DNA of 48,313 nt, filler included, from Jimgerdemannia flammicorona (taxonomy: Eukaryota): assembly GCA_003990765.1 (NCBI GenBank). It is 2 parts of 2 records of this genome, joined end to end, with 100 filler letters (N's around TTAATTAATTAA, not from the genome) between each part and the next. Parts side by side here need not be neighbours in the genome. Positions count along the whole stretch, not along the records: positions 1 to 24,112 come from RBNJ01001020.1; 1 more part is not named here. The stretch is one strand, 5' to 3'. The notes under the pieces were generated by a model that saw only the letters and a list, made by a program, of their open reading frames with translations, was not told where the DNA came from and did not search any database. A program made the translations under genes and the position numbers. Shown here piece after piece: positions 1 to 11,482 of this stretch (position 1 is the stretch's first letter; every line of letters starts with the position of its first letter).

Positions 1-587
1 GGAATATATGGAGGAAGATGGTTCAGAATATGAGAAGGAGGAGGATCAGTTGGTTTATAGCGATGAAGAGGAGGATCAGTTGGTTTATAGCGATGAAGAG
101 TAAGATCTGTTCACACCAGTAAGTTCTTTATTTTCCTTATTTATTTCCGATTTCATTTTGATTTCTGATTCCTAATTATGTTTCTGTTTGTTTATTCTAA
201 ATATATCTTAGATGTGCAATATATTTTTTTTGGTGCCTTGTAGCTTAAAGGCGGATTAAAGACGGGTCTGTGTTGGGTTAAATACGGGTCAGGTCACATA
301 TATTTCTTGGGTTGGGTTAAAGACGGGTTACGTATAATTCCAGGTCGGGTTAAAGACGGGTGACGTACGTTTCCAGGTCAGGTTAAAGATGGGTGACATA
401 TAATTCCGGGTCGGGTTAAAGATGGGTGACGTATTATTCCGGGTCGGGTTAAAGACGGGTGATGTATTATTCCGGATCGGGTTAAAGACGGGTGACGTAC
501 AATTCCAGGTCGAGTTAAAGACGGGTGATGTATAATTCCGGGTCAGGTTAAATATGTACACAGGTCGGCTCGAGTTGCAATGCACTA
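1..587 (+). mobile_element. 3' end of a probable hAT-like DNA transposon: acidic ORF tail, subterminal repeats, terminal ...TTGCAATGCACTA
   Basis: Frame 2 reads EYMEEDGSEYEKEEDQLVYSDEEEDQLVYSDEE* (stop 101-103), with a 30-bp duplication at 41-100. A 33-bp subterminal tandem array follows. The end reads TAGTGCA.. on the minus strand, like the TAGT(G/A)CT termini of the other hAT-type elements in the window. Confidence 0.45.
314..553. repeat. 33-bp tandem repeat, ~7 copies (GGGTTAAAGACGGGTGACGTATAATTCCRGGTC)
   Basis: Units start at 314, 347, 380, 413, 446, 479 and 512, with a partial unit at 545. Degenerate copies lie at ~254-290. Confidence 0.95.
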
Positions 588-689
588 TTGCCAATGACGT
601 CATCACATTCGGTAGTGACAGGAACAAGGAAGTCTGGAGCTCTCCAGTCTATGAAGTTCTCTTCCACAAAATAGAGGACAAATGTGGGG

Positions 690-1150
690 TCTTGGGAAGG
701 TCTAACCTGGATGCTTGAGCCTTGGAATACTGAGATTAATCCTTACAGGAATTGGTCTGGATTGTCCTGGAGGATGAAATGCCAGAAGTCTTCTACTTCA
801 TCACTATTGAGAGTGATAGTGGACTGGGTTTCTGTGGCCACTCTGGCTTCTAGTGCATTGATATGGCAGGCTGATAGATCTCTGAAGTCTGAGACTCTAA
901 TATACTTCAAGTTGAGGATTGACCATAGTGCATGTCTGAAGATCTGATTGATCTTTTTAGCTGTCCTTATTTCACATATATCCATGAAAGTAGTATTTTG
1001 TAATTCTTGAGAGCTGGCCTGTAGAAACTCCCAGTAGAGGAGGTTTCCTATTTTGTACTTCTGTCATATTTGGAGGCATTCAGTAGCAATGGTAATCCTT
1101 ATTTCTATTTTATAGCAGTAGAGGATAAAGTAATAGAGATCTGTAGTACC
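690..1150 (-). pseudogene. Relic of a Gypsy-associated extra ORF (homologous to the ORF downstream of integrase in element 1)
   Basis: Minus strand reads QKYKIGNLL...EIRTAKKINQIFR...LKYIRVSDF, which aligns by eye to QEYFKLEQLL...QITIAK*VYKLFR...LQEVVSGDF at 7630-7808. In-frame stops, CpG-depleted. Confidence 0.5.
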
Positions 1151-1840
1151 TAGGTTGAGGCTAGGAGACCTTCTTGTATAGGTCCTCATAGCTCTTCTGA
1201 TGTCTTAGAACATCCTTTCTTCAACTGGGGTACCTTGGTGGTTCCTTGAGCTTGAGGTTTGGCAAGCAGTAGGTATTTTATTTATAGTAAGTCTTTGAGC
1301 TATTTTGGAATTGGTGAGTCTTATTGAGTTGCTGCTACTGCAGTTCCTTGATCCTTCTTTTATATTTCTCAAGATGTCTATACTGTGGTCACAATGACTC
1401 ATAGTTAGTTATTATTACTCATCTTGTATGCCATATAATCTTCTTGTGCTCCGATCTGGTGGCTTGCAAGAAAAGGCTGTCTCTTGTACTAATGTCATCA
1501 TTCTGAGGTCACTATTACAATAGTTAGTTATTAGAGTGAATATTTTTCTGATAAAGTAATACTTAAATAGAATAATTATCTATATAACTATAAGATATTT
1601 CAATTTAGTACTACTATAGTAGATCTACTGCTTATTGATAACTCAGCTTATATAAATTATTAGATAGAACTACTGATTAAATTCTTCTTAGGCTAAAACT
1701 ACTCTAAGGCTATCTTTAGAAGTATCTATATATATATAAGATAAAAGGCTTTTGCAAGTTAGGTTATATAAAGACTAATACTATAGTTATATAATACTTA
1801 AGTTTCTTGAAGACTAGCTTTTGTAATTTCTTTTATTTAT

Positions 1841-2296
1841 TATAACAGTTAATCTGAATTAATAATATAAATCAGGGGAATAAATATTTGATTATAGTAT
1901 CTGAATCTGATTTCCAAATAGAGTATAGCCTTATAAATAGCAGTTATATTTCACAAATGTAAAAATTCTATAGATATAGAATCTTCATGATCATAGAGAT
2001 TTCACAGATATAGAGAATCTACACTTATAGAAAATGACTCACAGGAAACATAGTCATAACTTAGCCACCTTATAGCTAGCAAACTTATATAAATATTTCA
2101 GTATCTAGAGTGAATAAACCTCAGATTGAAATAGTTTAAAGCAAAGAGAAAGTAAAGGAACTAGTAAGTCTGTAGGCAGATATACTTCAAACTCACTCCC
2201 CTGCACCCTGAGGACTCTGTGAGAGTCAGAACAAGTTAAGTTTTCAAGATACAGAAATCTGCTATACTTCTGAGATTAGGCATCTACTATGTTACA
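1841..2296 (+). repeat. 5' LTR, family 1
   Basis: Direct repeat of 7943-8419. Starts TATAACAG (TG>TA), ends TGTTACA, and contains AGAGTGAATAAA. Confidence 0.92.
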
Positions 2297-2329
2297 ACTT
2301 GATACCCATTGGCTAGTAATTTAAGATGA

Positions 2330-5300
2330 ATCTCTCACTTTCAAGCTGAATAATAAATAACTGCTACCACCCAAATAACTATATAAATTGAATCAAGACA
2401 TCTAGACAAGATGGATATGAGATCATCAGTATTTCACAAAGTAGTATTTACAGCTATAATCTATGTGGGAAATGATGATAATGCAGTACTAGTAGCACAG
2501 AAGGTCAGGCTCTGAGCTACCTATTATATAGATGAGATCAAGCAAGCCCTAAAGAATCAGCTCAACTCAACTTGCTAAGGAATAAGTGAGGATCCAAACA
2601 CATTCTACACCAGAATCCAATATTAAATAATCCTTATAGATTATACTGCCACTATCTGAGATCAAGTAGCTGAGGCAATCTTCATGAAAGGAGTTCACCC
2701 AGAGATAGCTCTAGCTATCCACTTATCACCAATAGTTCTGGACCTATTACAAAAAGTCAACTATGCTCAGTGATACTGGATAGCCAGACACCTACAAGAC
2801 TATATAATAGAAAGAGTCACTAGAGTTAGAATTGAAGCATACAAGGCAACCAGTGTGATCTCTATTATAGTAATCAATCAAAACACACCTCAGCCAAGAG
2901 TTACTAAGCGGTAGAGGAATAGTGACCCTATAGAGAAACTTACTAAGAAGTTCACTTAAATGACAGCCCACCTAGGAGATATGGTAAAGGAAATTAAAGG
3001 AAGAGACTGGTACCCAGTTTAGAAATTTACTACCACCTTAGATAAGAAGAGAGGTACTTGCTATACTTGTAGAGAAGAAGGCCACTACTCATATGAATGT
3101 ATGAGTAAAACCAAGCACAAGGCTCAGCCAAGCAATACTACTTGAAATAAGAAATAGATCAATACCATCACCTTTGAGGAGATCAGGGAATCAGATGAAG
3201 AGGAATGAGAAGTCTACCTTGCTGAGACTATCAAGAAAGATATCTGCAAGCAACCCTATAAGAGACCATCAGAGAGATCCAAGAAAAATCCTGTGGAAAA
3301 GCAGATGGAAACTACTATAGAAAGTCAAGATGAAGAAACAGATCAAAATATGAAGCTAGAACAGGCTGTTCAAGATATAATCTGAGAAACCACTCCAGCC
3401 AGTAAAGGAGAAAAAAAGAAGAAGCTTTGCAAAACCAAGACCTTTAAGTATGATATCTTCAAGGATCTCAGTCAACAAAAGGTCAATACAACCTTCAGTC
3501 AGCTAGTGGAAATATCTATATTCAGAGAGCAAATGAGATATACATATATAGACTTGCTGAGGCAATGAAAGAGCAAGGTTGGAAAATAACTAAGGCCAAC
3601 AATGTCCAAGAAGACTCAGGAGAAGAGAGCAAAGACAATTACAAGACCTCTGCTTATACAATCTGTCAGATTGAAGATAAAATCTTTGAAGCCATTATTG
3701 ATATAGGAGCAGGAGGATGTCTTCTTAGTGAGAAAGCAGTAGACCATCTAGGTTGGGAAGTTGAAGAAGCAATCAAATTAGTATTTATCACAGCAGATAG
3801 CACAAGAGCCACACCTCCAGGAAAGATTTGAGATATTTCCATCAAGTTCAGGGGAGTAATAATTCCAGTAGATGTGATCATGACTAATACCACCAACTAT
3901 GATATTGTCATTGGCAACCAGTGGCTTCATAAAGCCAAGACAATAATTGATCTGAATGCTCAGAAGATACAGATCATCTACTGAGGCCAGAAGATGTGAA
4001 TTCCCATTAATATCAATAAAAGAGTACTGTCTGAAATGGAGAAAGAAGAAAGTAAGCAAAAAGAAGCCTATGGTGATTACTCAGAAAAAGAAGAAGAAAG
4101 TCAGATGGATTAGTAAAGAGGACTAGTGCAAGAAGATTGCAGAAGAATATACACTACAAAGAGTCTGCCCCTACAGAATCAAGATATACTGTAGTGAGCA
4201 CATCAATAACTGCTATCAATATAGCATCAGCATCAGAAAGATCTACCAGGAAAGAAACCAGAAAGTTTTTGAAAAGCAGACAAGAGAAGAGGAAGAGAAG
4301 GAAGAGGATGATGAACCACTAGCTCTTCTGGAGGACAGTGATGATGAAGAAGAAATCAAGGTCAAGATTCAGATGATCTACTCCGATGCAGTTCTACCAG
4401 AATACAAGTCAGAGAATACAGCTGAAATAGATATTACTACAGTAGAAGAAATCATACTAGAGCCTCAGACAACCACCCTACTTATAACTGGTCTAGAGAT
4501 AACTATTCTAAAGGACTATATCAGAATCCTCAAGACAAGAAGCAGTCTGGCTAAGAGTGAAATCACAATTGAAGGAGGAGTCATTAATTCAGATTATATT
4601 GGAGAAATACTACTTATTGCTATAAACCACAATTCTACAATTTCATTTCTAATCAAAAAGAAGGACCAACTGATATAGATGTTGATCTTCTCAGTTCTTC
4701 AGCCAAGAATCATAGAAGTCAAGAAGTTGGAGAAAATGGAAAGAGAAAGAAAAGAATTTGAATCTATAGAAAGAGGAGTATTTGCCAGCACCAAGATCAT
4801 TAAACTTGACCACAAGAAGGAGGAAACTATAAACAAGCATAGCTATAACATTAGAAACAAATTTTCACTCAAGAAGGAACTTAAGAAGATACTCTATAAA
4901 TTTGAGGATGTCCTAGCCATAGATTTCAAGGATATCAAAGGAAAGACTCCATACTATTATCATGATATAGATATAGGAGACACCAAACCAATCTATCAAA
5001 AAGTAAGGCCAATACTACTAGCCTATCACAAATAGCTTAGAGAAGAAATTAAACAGATAAACTGGTATTATTAAAGAAGCTAGCAGCCCCTGGGCTTCAT
5101 TAGTTGTACTAGTCCCAAAAAATAGAAGCAAGTTAGGAGAATTTGCTCCAAGACTCTACACTGATTACAGGAAGCTCAACTTGGTTACCAAGAAAGATTA
5201 CCAACTATTACCCCTCATCAGTGACATCCTTGTAACCTTGAGAGATGAAGTATAGTACTACAGTATCTTGGACTTATACTTGGAATTCTACCAAATCAGT

Positions 5301-7450
5301 CTCACTAAAGTAGTAAGTAAAAAGTCAGCCTTCATTACATCAGACAGAACTTATATCTATCTATAAATACTATTTGGAATATACAATGCCCCTATGAGCT
5401 TCCAGCAAATGATAAATAAAATCATTTGCTATGATATGAGAAGATGGATGATGGTTTATATAGATGATGTTATCATCTACAACAAGACAGCTGAAGAATA
5501 TCTGCAGTATATCCAGCAGATAATAGAGAAGCTAAGACAGTATGGTCTTTATATCAAGTTCAAGAAGTGCAAGTTTGCAGAAATTGAGATCATCTATCTT
5601 AGCTATATCATCAATTAAGATAGAATACACATGTACCTCCTGAAGATTCAAGCAGTAGTAGTATACCCAAGGTCCACCATAGTTACTAAAGCCCAAGCCT
5701 TCATGAGACTTGCCTCCTATTATCAAAGATTTATCAGAGGATTCTTCAACATTATAGGCCCAATCTATGAACTCAATAAGAAGAATACCAAGTTTCAATA
5801 GACTGGTAGATAATAAAAAACATTTAACAAACTTAAGATCAGACTGACCCAGGCACTCATCCTCAGAAGACCTGATTGGACTTAAGAATTCATCCTGCAG
5901 ACAGATGTAAGTACCCAAGGACTAAGAGTAGTCCTGACTCAAAAGAAAGACAAAGTGGAGTAACCTAAGCTGAGAAATCCAAGGAGCTGAAAAAGAGTAT
6001 GAATTCTACAAGATAGAATATCTTGCAGTCATCTGAGCTATAGAGAAGTTCTATTACTATCTCACTGAAAGACACTTCACCATCCAGATAGACTACTCAG
6101 CCCTTACTTAACTACTAACTACTGGGTAACCTAAAGGAATCTATGCCAGATTGATCATAAAGTTACAAGTATATGATGTAACCATCATGCACCACTCAGA
6201 AAGAATCAATGCCAATGCAGATACCCTCTCATGGATATCTCAAAGGACCCCCAACCAGCAAATCAATTATGAATAAGAAGCTCTACTATAGAATCATCAC
6301 CTATCTGAGACAGTGAAAGATGCCCCAACATCTGGAAGAATGGACATAAATAATTATCAATAGAATGTAGAAACAATTCAAGACTGATAGAGAAATGCTG
6401 AATAAAGAAAAACTACTAGTCATACCTAAATATAAGAAGAAGTAAGTAATGAAATTACTATATAAACTTGGCCATCTAGGAGGAACAAATATATATGATA
6501 AAGTAAGAAGAACAATGTGGTGACTGGGAATAGAGAAAGATATCAGACAATTTATTAAGACCTGTGACAAATACCAGAAACAGAAACAAGATAAATGAAA
6601 TCAGACTCTGGAATTAGGATATATAGAACTAGTATCCTTTTTACACATTGCAATAGATGTAATCAGTCCTCTACCTTTGACCTTGACTGGCAACTAATAC
6701 ATCATTGTTGTTGTAGATCTTTTTACAAAATGGATAGAAGCAGAACCCCTCAAGAAAGCCAATACACAGACAATAGCTGATTTCTTCTATAAAGAAATCA
6801 TCTGCCAATTAAAGAACCCAAAGCAAGTAACTACAGACAGAGAAACAGAATTCATAAACCAGTTCTTTGAGGTTCTTTACAAAAAGTACAAGATCCAGTA
6901 TATTCAGACTACAGCATACCACCCTCAAGAAAATAGACAAGTAGAAAGGATCATAAGACTCTCAAGAATGTTATTACTAAGATCTGCAATAACTACAAAA
7001 ATTTAGATTACTATCTACCAATAGCATTATCTGCTCTTTGGAATATCCAATCACAAAGTACTCATTTCACCTCTCAAGAGATATTGTTCAGAGAAGAAAG
7101 TTCTTAAGGAACCCTATCATTCAATGGAGATGCTGTATTTAAATATATGAATACAGAAATATAAAGACTGTATCAAATCAGAAAGAAGGCTATTATATAA
7201 CCAAGGTGCAGATACTACAATAGAATAATGCAGAAAATATTTATAAATCTCTGAAAATTATTAAGATAAGAGATAAAGTCTTAGTATATCAGAATATGGT
7301 AGAAGCTTCATGGTTACAAAAACTGCAGCCTAAGTGGGAAGGACCTTATCTTGTGTAAGATATAAAAGGAACCACCTTTTGGCTACAGAAACTCTCAGGC
7401 ACAATCATCCCCACTACCATTCACTGAAACTGACTCAAGAAGTATCGTTA
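2330..7450 (+). pseudogene. gag-pol polyprotein relic (Zn knuckle, aspartic protease, dUTPase, RT, RNase H, integrase)
   Basis: Motifs: CYTCREEGHYSYEC (~3059-3100); AIIDIGAGGCLL (~3690); SPWAS..VLVPK (~5085); DYRKLN; VYIDD (~5455); FILQTDVS (~5890); IAIDVISPLP, VDLFTKWIE and TDRETEF in the integrase; KWEGPY (~7335). Many stops and frameshifts. Confidence 0.93.
4373..4775 (+). pseudogene. dUTPase domain within pol (between PR and RT)
   Basis: AEID, RSSLA, GGVINSDYIGEI, KKDQLI*M and RERKEFES are decayed forms of the five dUTPase motifs. Confidence 0.88.
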
Positions 7451-7492
7451 ACAAAGTATAGTTATAGCTCTCAAGATCACTAGTGCTACACA

Positions 7493-7859
7493 ATGAGCCA
7501 TAGAAAGACAATGGTATACTACTGAGCCACCCATGATGGAGGAATCCTTTGACAGCATCCAAAGTATAGTACAGATACATCTGTTACAAATTTCACACTT
7601 TAAGGCCTACCAGAATCAGACAGAGCTTCAAGAATACTTCAAGTTAGAACAGCTACTGAACTCATAGTCAGAGATGACAAAAGAAGATTGGATTAGAGAG
7701 TACCAGCTCTTCCACATTCAGATCACTATTGCTAAATGAGTATATAAGTTATTCAGAGAGAATGAGCCAGCCTTAGCTCACCTTCAGGAAGTAGTTTCAG
7801 GAGACTTTACACAAGTCAGAAGACATTATTGGGAGAATATGATGATACAGATTATATAG
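7493..7859 (+). pseudogene. Extra ORF (ORF3) between integrase and PPT, unknown function
   Basis: MSHRKTMVYY*ATHDGG...ELQEYFKLEQLL...IAK*VYKLFRENEPALAHLQEVVSGDF. A homologous segment is present at ~32278-32645 in the second family-1 copy. Confidence 0.6.
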
Positions 7860-7942
7860 TATAAGAATATACAGATTGTAGAGACTTGGGAGTTTGATTG
7901 AATAGGGTATTTTAGAGATGAATCACTTATTTAGGAGGAAGT

Positions 7943-8419
7943 TGTAACAGTTGATCTGAATTAGTAATATAAATCAGAAGAAGAGATATTTGATTGCAGT
8001 ATCTGAATCTGATTCTCAAATATAGTATAGCCTTATAAATAGCAATTATATTTTATAAATATAGAAATTCTATAGATATAGAAATTCTACAGAAGTAGAA
8101 TCTTCATAATCATAGAGATTTCACAGATATAGAGGATCTATACTTATAGAAAATGACTCACAGGAAATATAGTCATAACTTAGCCACCTTATATATAGCT
8201 AGCAAACTTGTATAAATATCTCAGTATCTAGAGTGAATAAACCTCAGGTTGAAATAGTTCAAAGCAAAGAGAAAGTAAAGAAACTAGTAAGCCTATAGAC
8301 AGATATACTTCAAACTCATGCCTCTGCACTCTGAGAACTCTATAAGAGTCAGAACAAGTCAAGTTTTCAAGATACAGAAATCTGCCATACTTTTGAGATT
8401 AGATATCTATTATATTACA
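7943..8419 (+). repeat. 3' LTR, family 1
   Basis: TGTAACAG...TATTACA, preceded by AGGAGGAAG (PPT). Confidence 0.92.
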
Positions 8420-8425
8420 TTATAT

Positions 8426-8861
8426 TAGTACTCTCAAATAAATTAAATTAATTCAAATTGAATCAAATTGAAGTTCATTCAAATTAAATCAGATTGGAGA
8501 ATTTTAAATTTGAATTAAATTTGAATTAAATTAAATTGAAAATATTTATCCAAAATTCAAAATATAATAACTCAATGGAAATATGTCCAAATTTAATATT
8601 CTTTATTATACTAGATTCTCTATTACAAATTGCATTGAACAAGCTAAAATTTATTAAATTTGGTTGAGTTGTTGAATTTTGAAAAATTAGATTCAAATTG
8701 GACTTCAAATCAAATAGGACCTCAATTTGATTTGAATTGAATCAAATTGAGCCTCAATTCAAATTGAATTGAATTGAATTAATTCTTAATTTTATTTGAA
8801 TATTTCAAATTAAATTGAATTAAGGGGAAATTTAATTCAATTTGATTCATTCTGAGTACTA
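8426..8861. mobile_element. hAT-type MITE, copy 1
   Basis: Termini TAGTACTC...GAGTACTA and subterminal (A)ATTGA/TCAAAT repeats. The 8-bp TSD ATTTATAT is at 8862-8869 and is reconstructed on the left after removing the LTR element. A second copy lies at 18622-19081. Confidence 0.85.
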
Positions 8862-9006
8862 ATTTATATAGTGTGATGAGCAACAGAATTGTACCACTGA
8901 AATCATAAATTAGCCATATACTATATCTAGTATACTAAGCAACCAAGACTGCTTTACTGCACCAATCTGTATATTTAGCTAGAGATACTAGAAACAGTAT
9001 ATTTAT

Positions 9007-9108
9007 CTGTACCCTCAAGGTACACTGTACTCTTAAGATATACTGTACCCTCAAGATATACTGTACTCTTAAGATATACTGTACCCTCAAGGTACACTGT
9101 ACCCTCAA
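9007..9108. repeat. 18-bp tandem repeat in the family-2 LTR (CTGTACCCTCAAGGTACA, ~5.7 copies)
   Basis: Units at 9007, 9025, 9043, 9061 and 9079, partial at 9097. The undecayed unit is a hairpin (TGTACC/GGTACA). Confidence 0.93.
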
Positions 9109-9836
9109 AGAATACTTACCATAGATAGCAATCTATAATTAGTAATATAGTAACCAGATAGCAACTATAATGTATAAAATACCCCAGAGATAAGAGTGAA
9201 TAAACCTTAGTCTGAAATTTAAAGCCTACCTATCATACTTCAAGAAGAACCCTACAGCAACTACTAGAAGATTGTGAGCTTACTTTCTACTCCAGTCCAC
9301 TTTCTGATACAAAGAAGAGTTTGTTATATTTTTGGTTCACTTGCCAGATAAGCCTGAAGAGTCTGAGTTACCTACATTTCCAGAGAACTCTTAAGGAATC
9401 TTGCCACAAGCCAGTCTCTTGATGTAACTTCACAGTGATACATTTACACAAATGAAGCCAGTCTTTGATGTAACTTGCCAAGAATCCGTGACATCTGAGT
9501 TATCCAAGTTATTAGGTTGTCCCCAGTGATCCTGATTCAGAGAATCTGCCACTAGTATTATTTCCAGTAAGCCACTAATTCAGGAAGAATCTGTACCATC
9601 CTCTATTCCCAGTGAGCCTGGTATAGAAGAATCCATGCCATCCCCTATTTCCAGTGAGCCTGGTATAAAAGAATCCATGATATTTAAGAAGTCTACCAAT
9701 TTAGGAGAATCTGCACCCAAATCGAGTTATCTACCAAATTGCACCATTACTTAGAAATTGCATACTTTTGGAGATCATCATGCTACACAGAGATATCTGC
9801 ACTATACAAGAGATTGTTATGCAGAAATTGCATATG

Positions 9837-11038
9837 CCCCTTTCTCTGCTATCTTACTGGTCACAATAGTTTGGTAGGCAATCTTCCAAGTCTACTTTCC
9901 ACAATTATTACCCCCTCTACCTTGGGTTGATTTGCTATACCTGTTGCAGGGCAGTAGGAGGGAGGCAATGGTGATGAGTTGTCTCTTTATTGGTGTCTGA
10001 TTGATATCTTCTCTACTTTTTGCAGTTTCTGATACCTTCAGCTGTGTCTGGAGTACATCCATTTTGGTGCTGTGCTTTCTTCCCTTTGCCATTACCAATA
10101 AGGTGTGTCTTGATATATCATGAGTTACATAGGGAGTTGGCTGACCTTGGGTATCAAGTGCCCAGTATAGGTTACCTGCAGGTCCTCAGTACCTGTGGTG
10201 GGGCCCTCTGGCTTTGGTGAGCTTCTCAGCAAGTATGGTTCTGGTGTAGGTGATTGTTTTTCAGGTGTTGTTGGGATGGGAGGGGAGATGGCTGTCACAG
10301 ATAAGAGGAAGAGCAATTACAGTAAACCAGTAGGATATCAGACTGGGGGCAGTCATCGGGACTGGGGCAGGTACTGCTTCAGTGGGGCCTTTTGATTGGT
10401 GTGGAGTAGTTAGGTGATAGGTATCACTCTCAGCTTCTTTTAGCAATTTGGTGGATTGGGCCCTGGTCATTGGGGGGGATTGGGGGGCCTGAGGCTATCC
10501 ATTTCAGGCATCTTGGCTACACTCAACTAGAACTAGGAGCTGATACAGCAATATAATCAAGGCCTATAGGCTTGAGTAGTAGGGTATTGAGAGTCTCCTC
10601 CTGCCTTATATATAAGTTCTTTACTCATCTCAACTGGGAGAACCAGGCCCTATCCACTATGATATACTTTGATAAGGGTTTTTTCTTTGCCTGTCATTCT
10701 CTTTAGAGTGGCAGAGGCTATTCTATTTGGCTTGGGTATGGTCTTATATATATATTGGGGTCTTGGGCATATGCTTTCAGTTATTAGCATATGGCTGGGT
10801 TCTCTCTGGTAGTAGGAAGAGCATGGTGCACAGAATGAGGTGCAGGCCACTATAGGCCCTGCTGTGCCTGGCATAGTTGAGCTGCTGGACAATAGCTAGT
10901 CTAGATTAATGGGAGAGCAGTACTTGATGGGTGGTGGGGGAGAGTTTTGGCCTATATAGTCTAGGTTCTCTTCTAATAAAATTCTATGGAACTTAGAGTC
11001 CATTAAAAAAAAAAAAAAAAAAAAAAAACAAAAAAAAA
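9837..11038 (+). mobile_element. Poly(A)-tailed retroposed insertion (5'-truncated LINE-like 3' end) in the family-2 leader
   Basis: Absent from the inverted family-2 copy. AATAAA at 10975-10980 and poly(A) at ~11005-11038. Degenerate 18-bp TSD at 9819-9836 vs 11039-11056 (12/18 identical, differences mostly transitions). Confidence 0.75.
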
Positions 11039-11482
11039 ATATAGAGATCACATAAGAAGAACCATCAAATTGCCAGACCATCACATATAAGGAATATCTA
11101 CACCATATATACAAAATCGCCACTATACCCAAAGAACCATCTCAATTAGGAAATCAACATATAAATTGCTTGCAGATATCCAGCTTTGACAATTATACCA
11201 CTAAACACCAAGAACATTTTGTTGCTTTTAACAAAGTAACTAGGGGCTCAAGCCAAACTACACCAACCCCCAACCTTATAATTTGCCTTTATTGAGCCTG
11301 GTATGTTATATTTGGGGGCTCAACTGGGAAGATTTCAAAATTGATGTGACTTTTCAGCTCACAAGAACTCACAGTCAAACTGGATATATTTGATATAACA
11401 CCAATCTCTGCCACCACAAGAGAACCAGTCATCACTAATATTTGGATAGGAGGAGAAGTAATAACTTCAAGACTTGCCAATT

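Larger units (their letters stand above)
1841..8419 (+). mobile_element. Full-length degenerate Ty3/Gypsy LTR retrotransposon (family 1) with dUTPase
   Basis: LTRs at 1841-2296 and 7943-8419 (TG/TA...CA ends), 4-bp TSD TTAT (1837-1840 / 8420-8423), and a purine tract just before the 3' LTR. Domain order is gag-PR-dUTPase-RT-RNaseH-INT. Confidence 0.95.

Noticed and set aside
328..627. 99-aa ORF with 11-aa repeats; GGGTTA telomere-like motif
   Set aside because: A by-product of a 33-bp repeat. GGGTTA occurs once per unit, not as a telomeric run.
2297..2320. Primer-binding site after the family-1 5' LTR
   Set aside because: ACTTGATACCCATTGG may be a decayed TGG-type PBS, but no tRNA can be assigned without a search.
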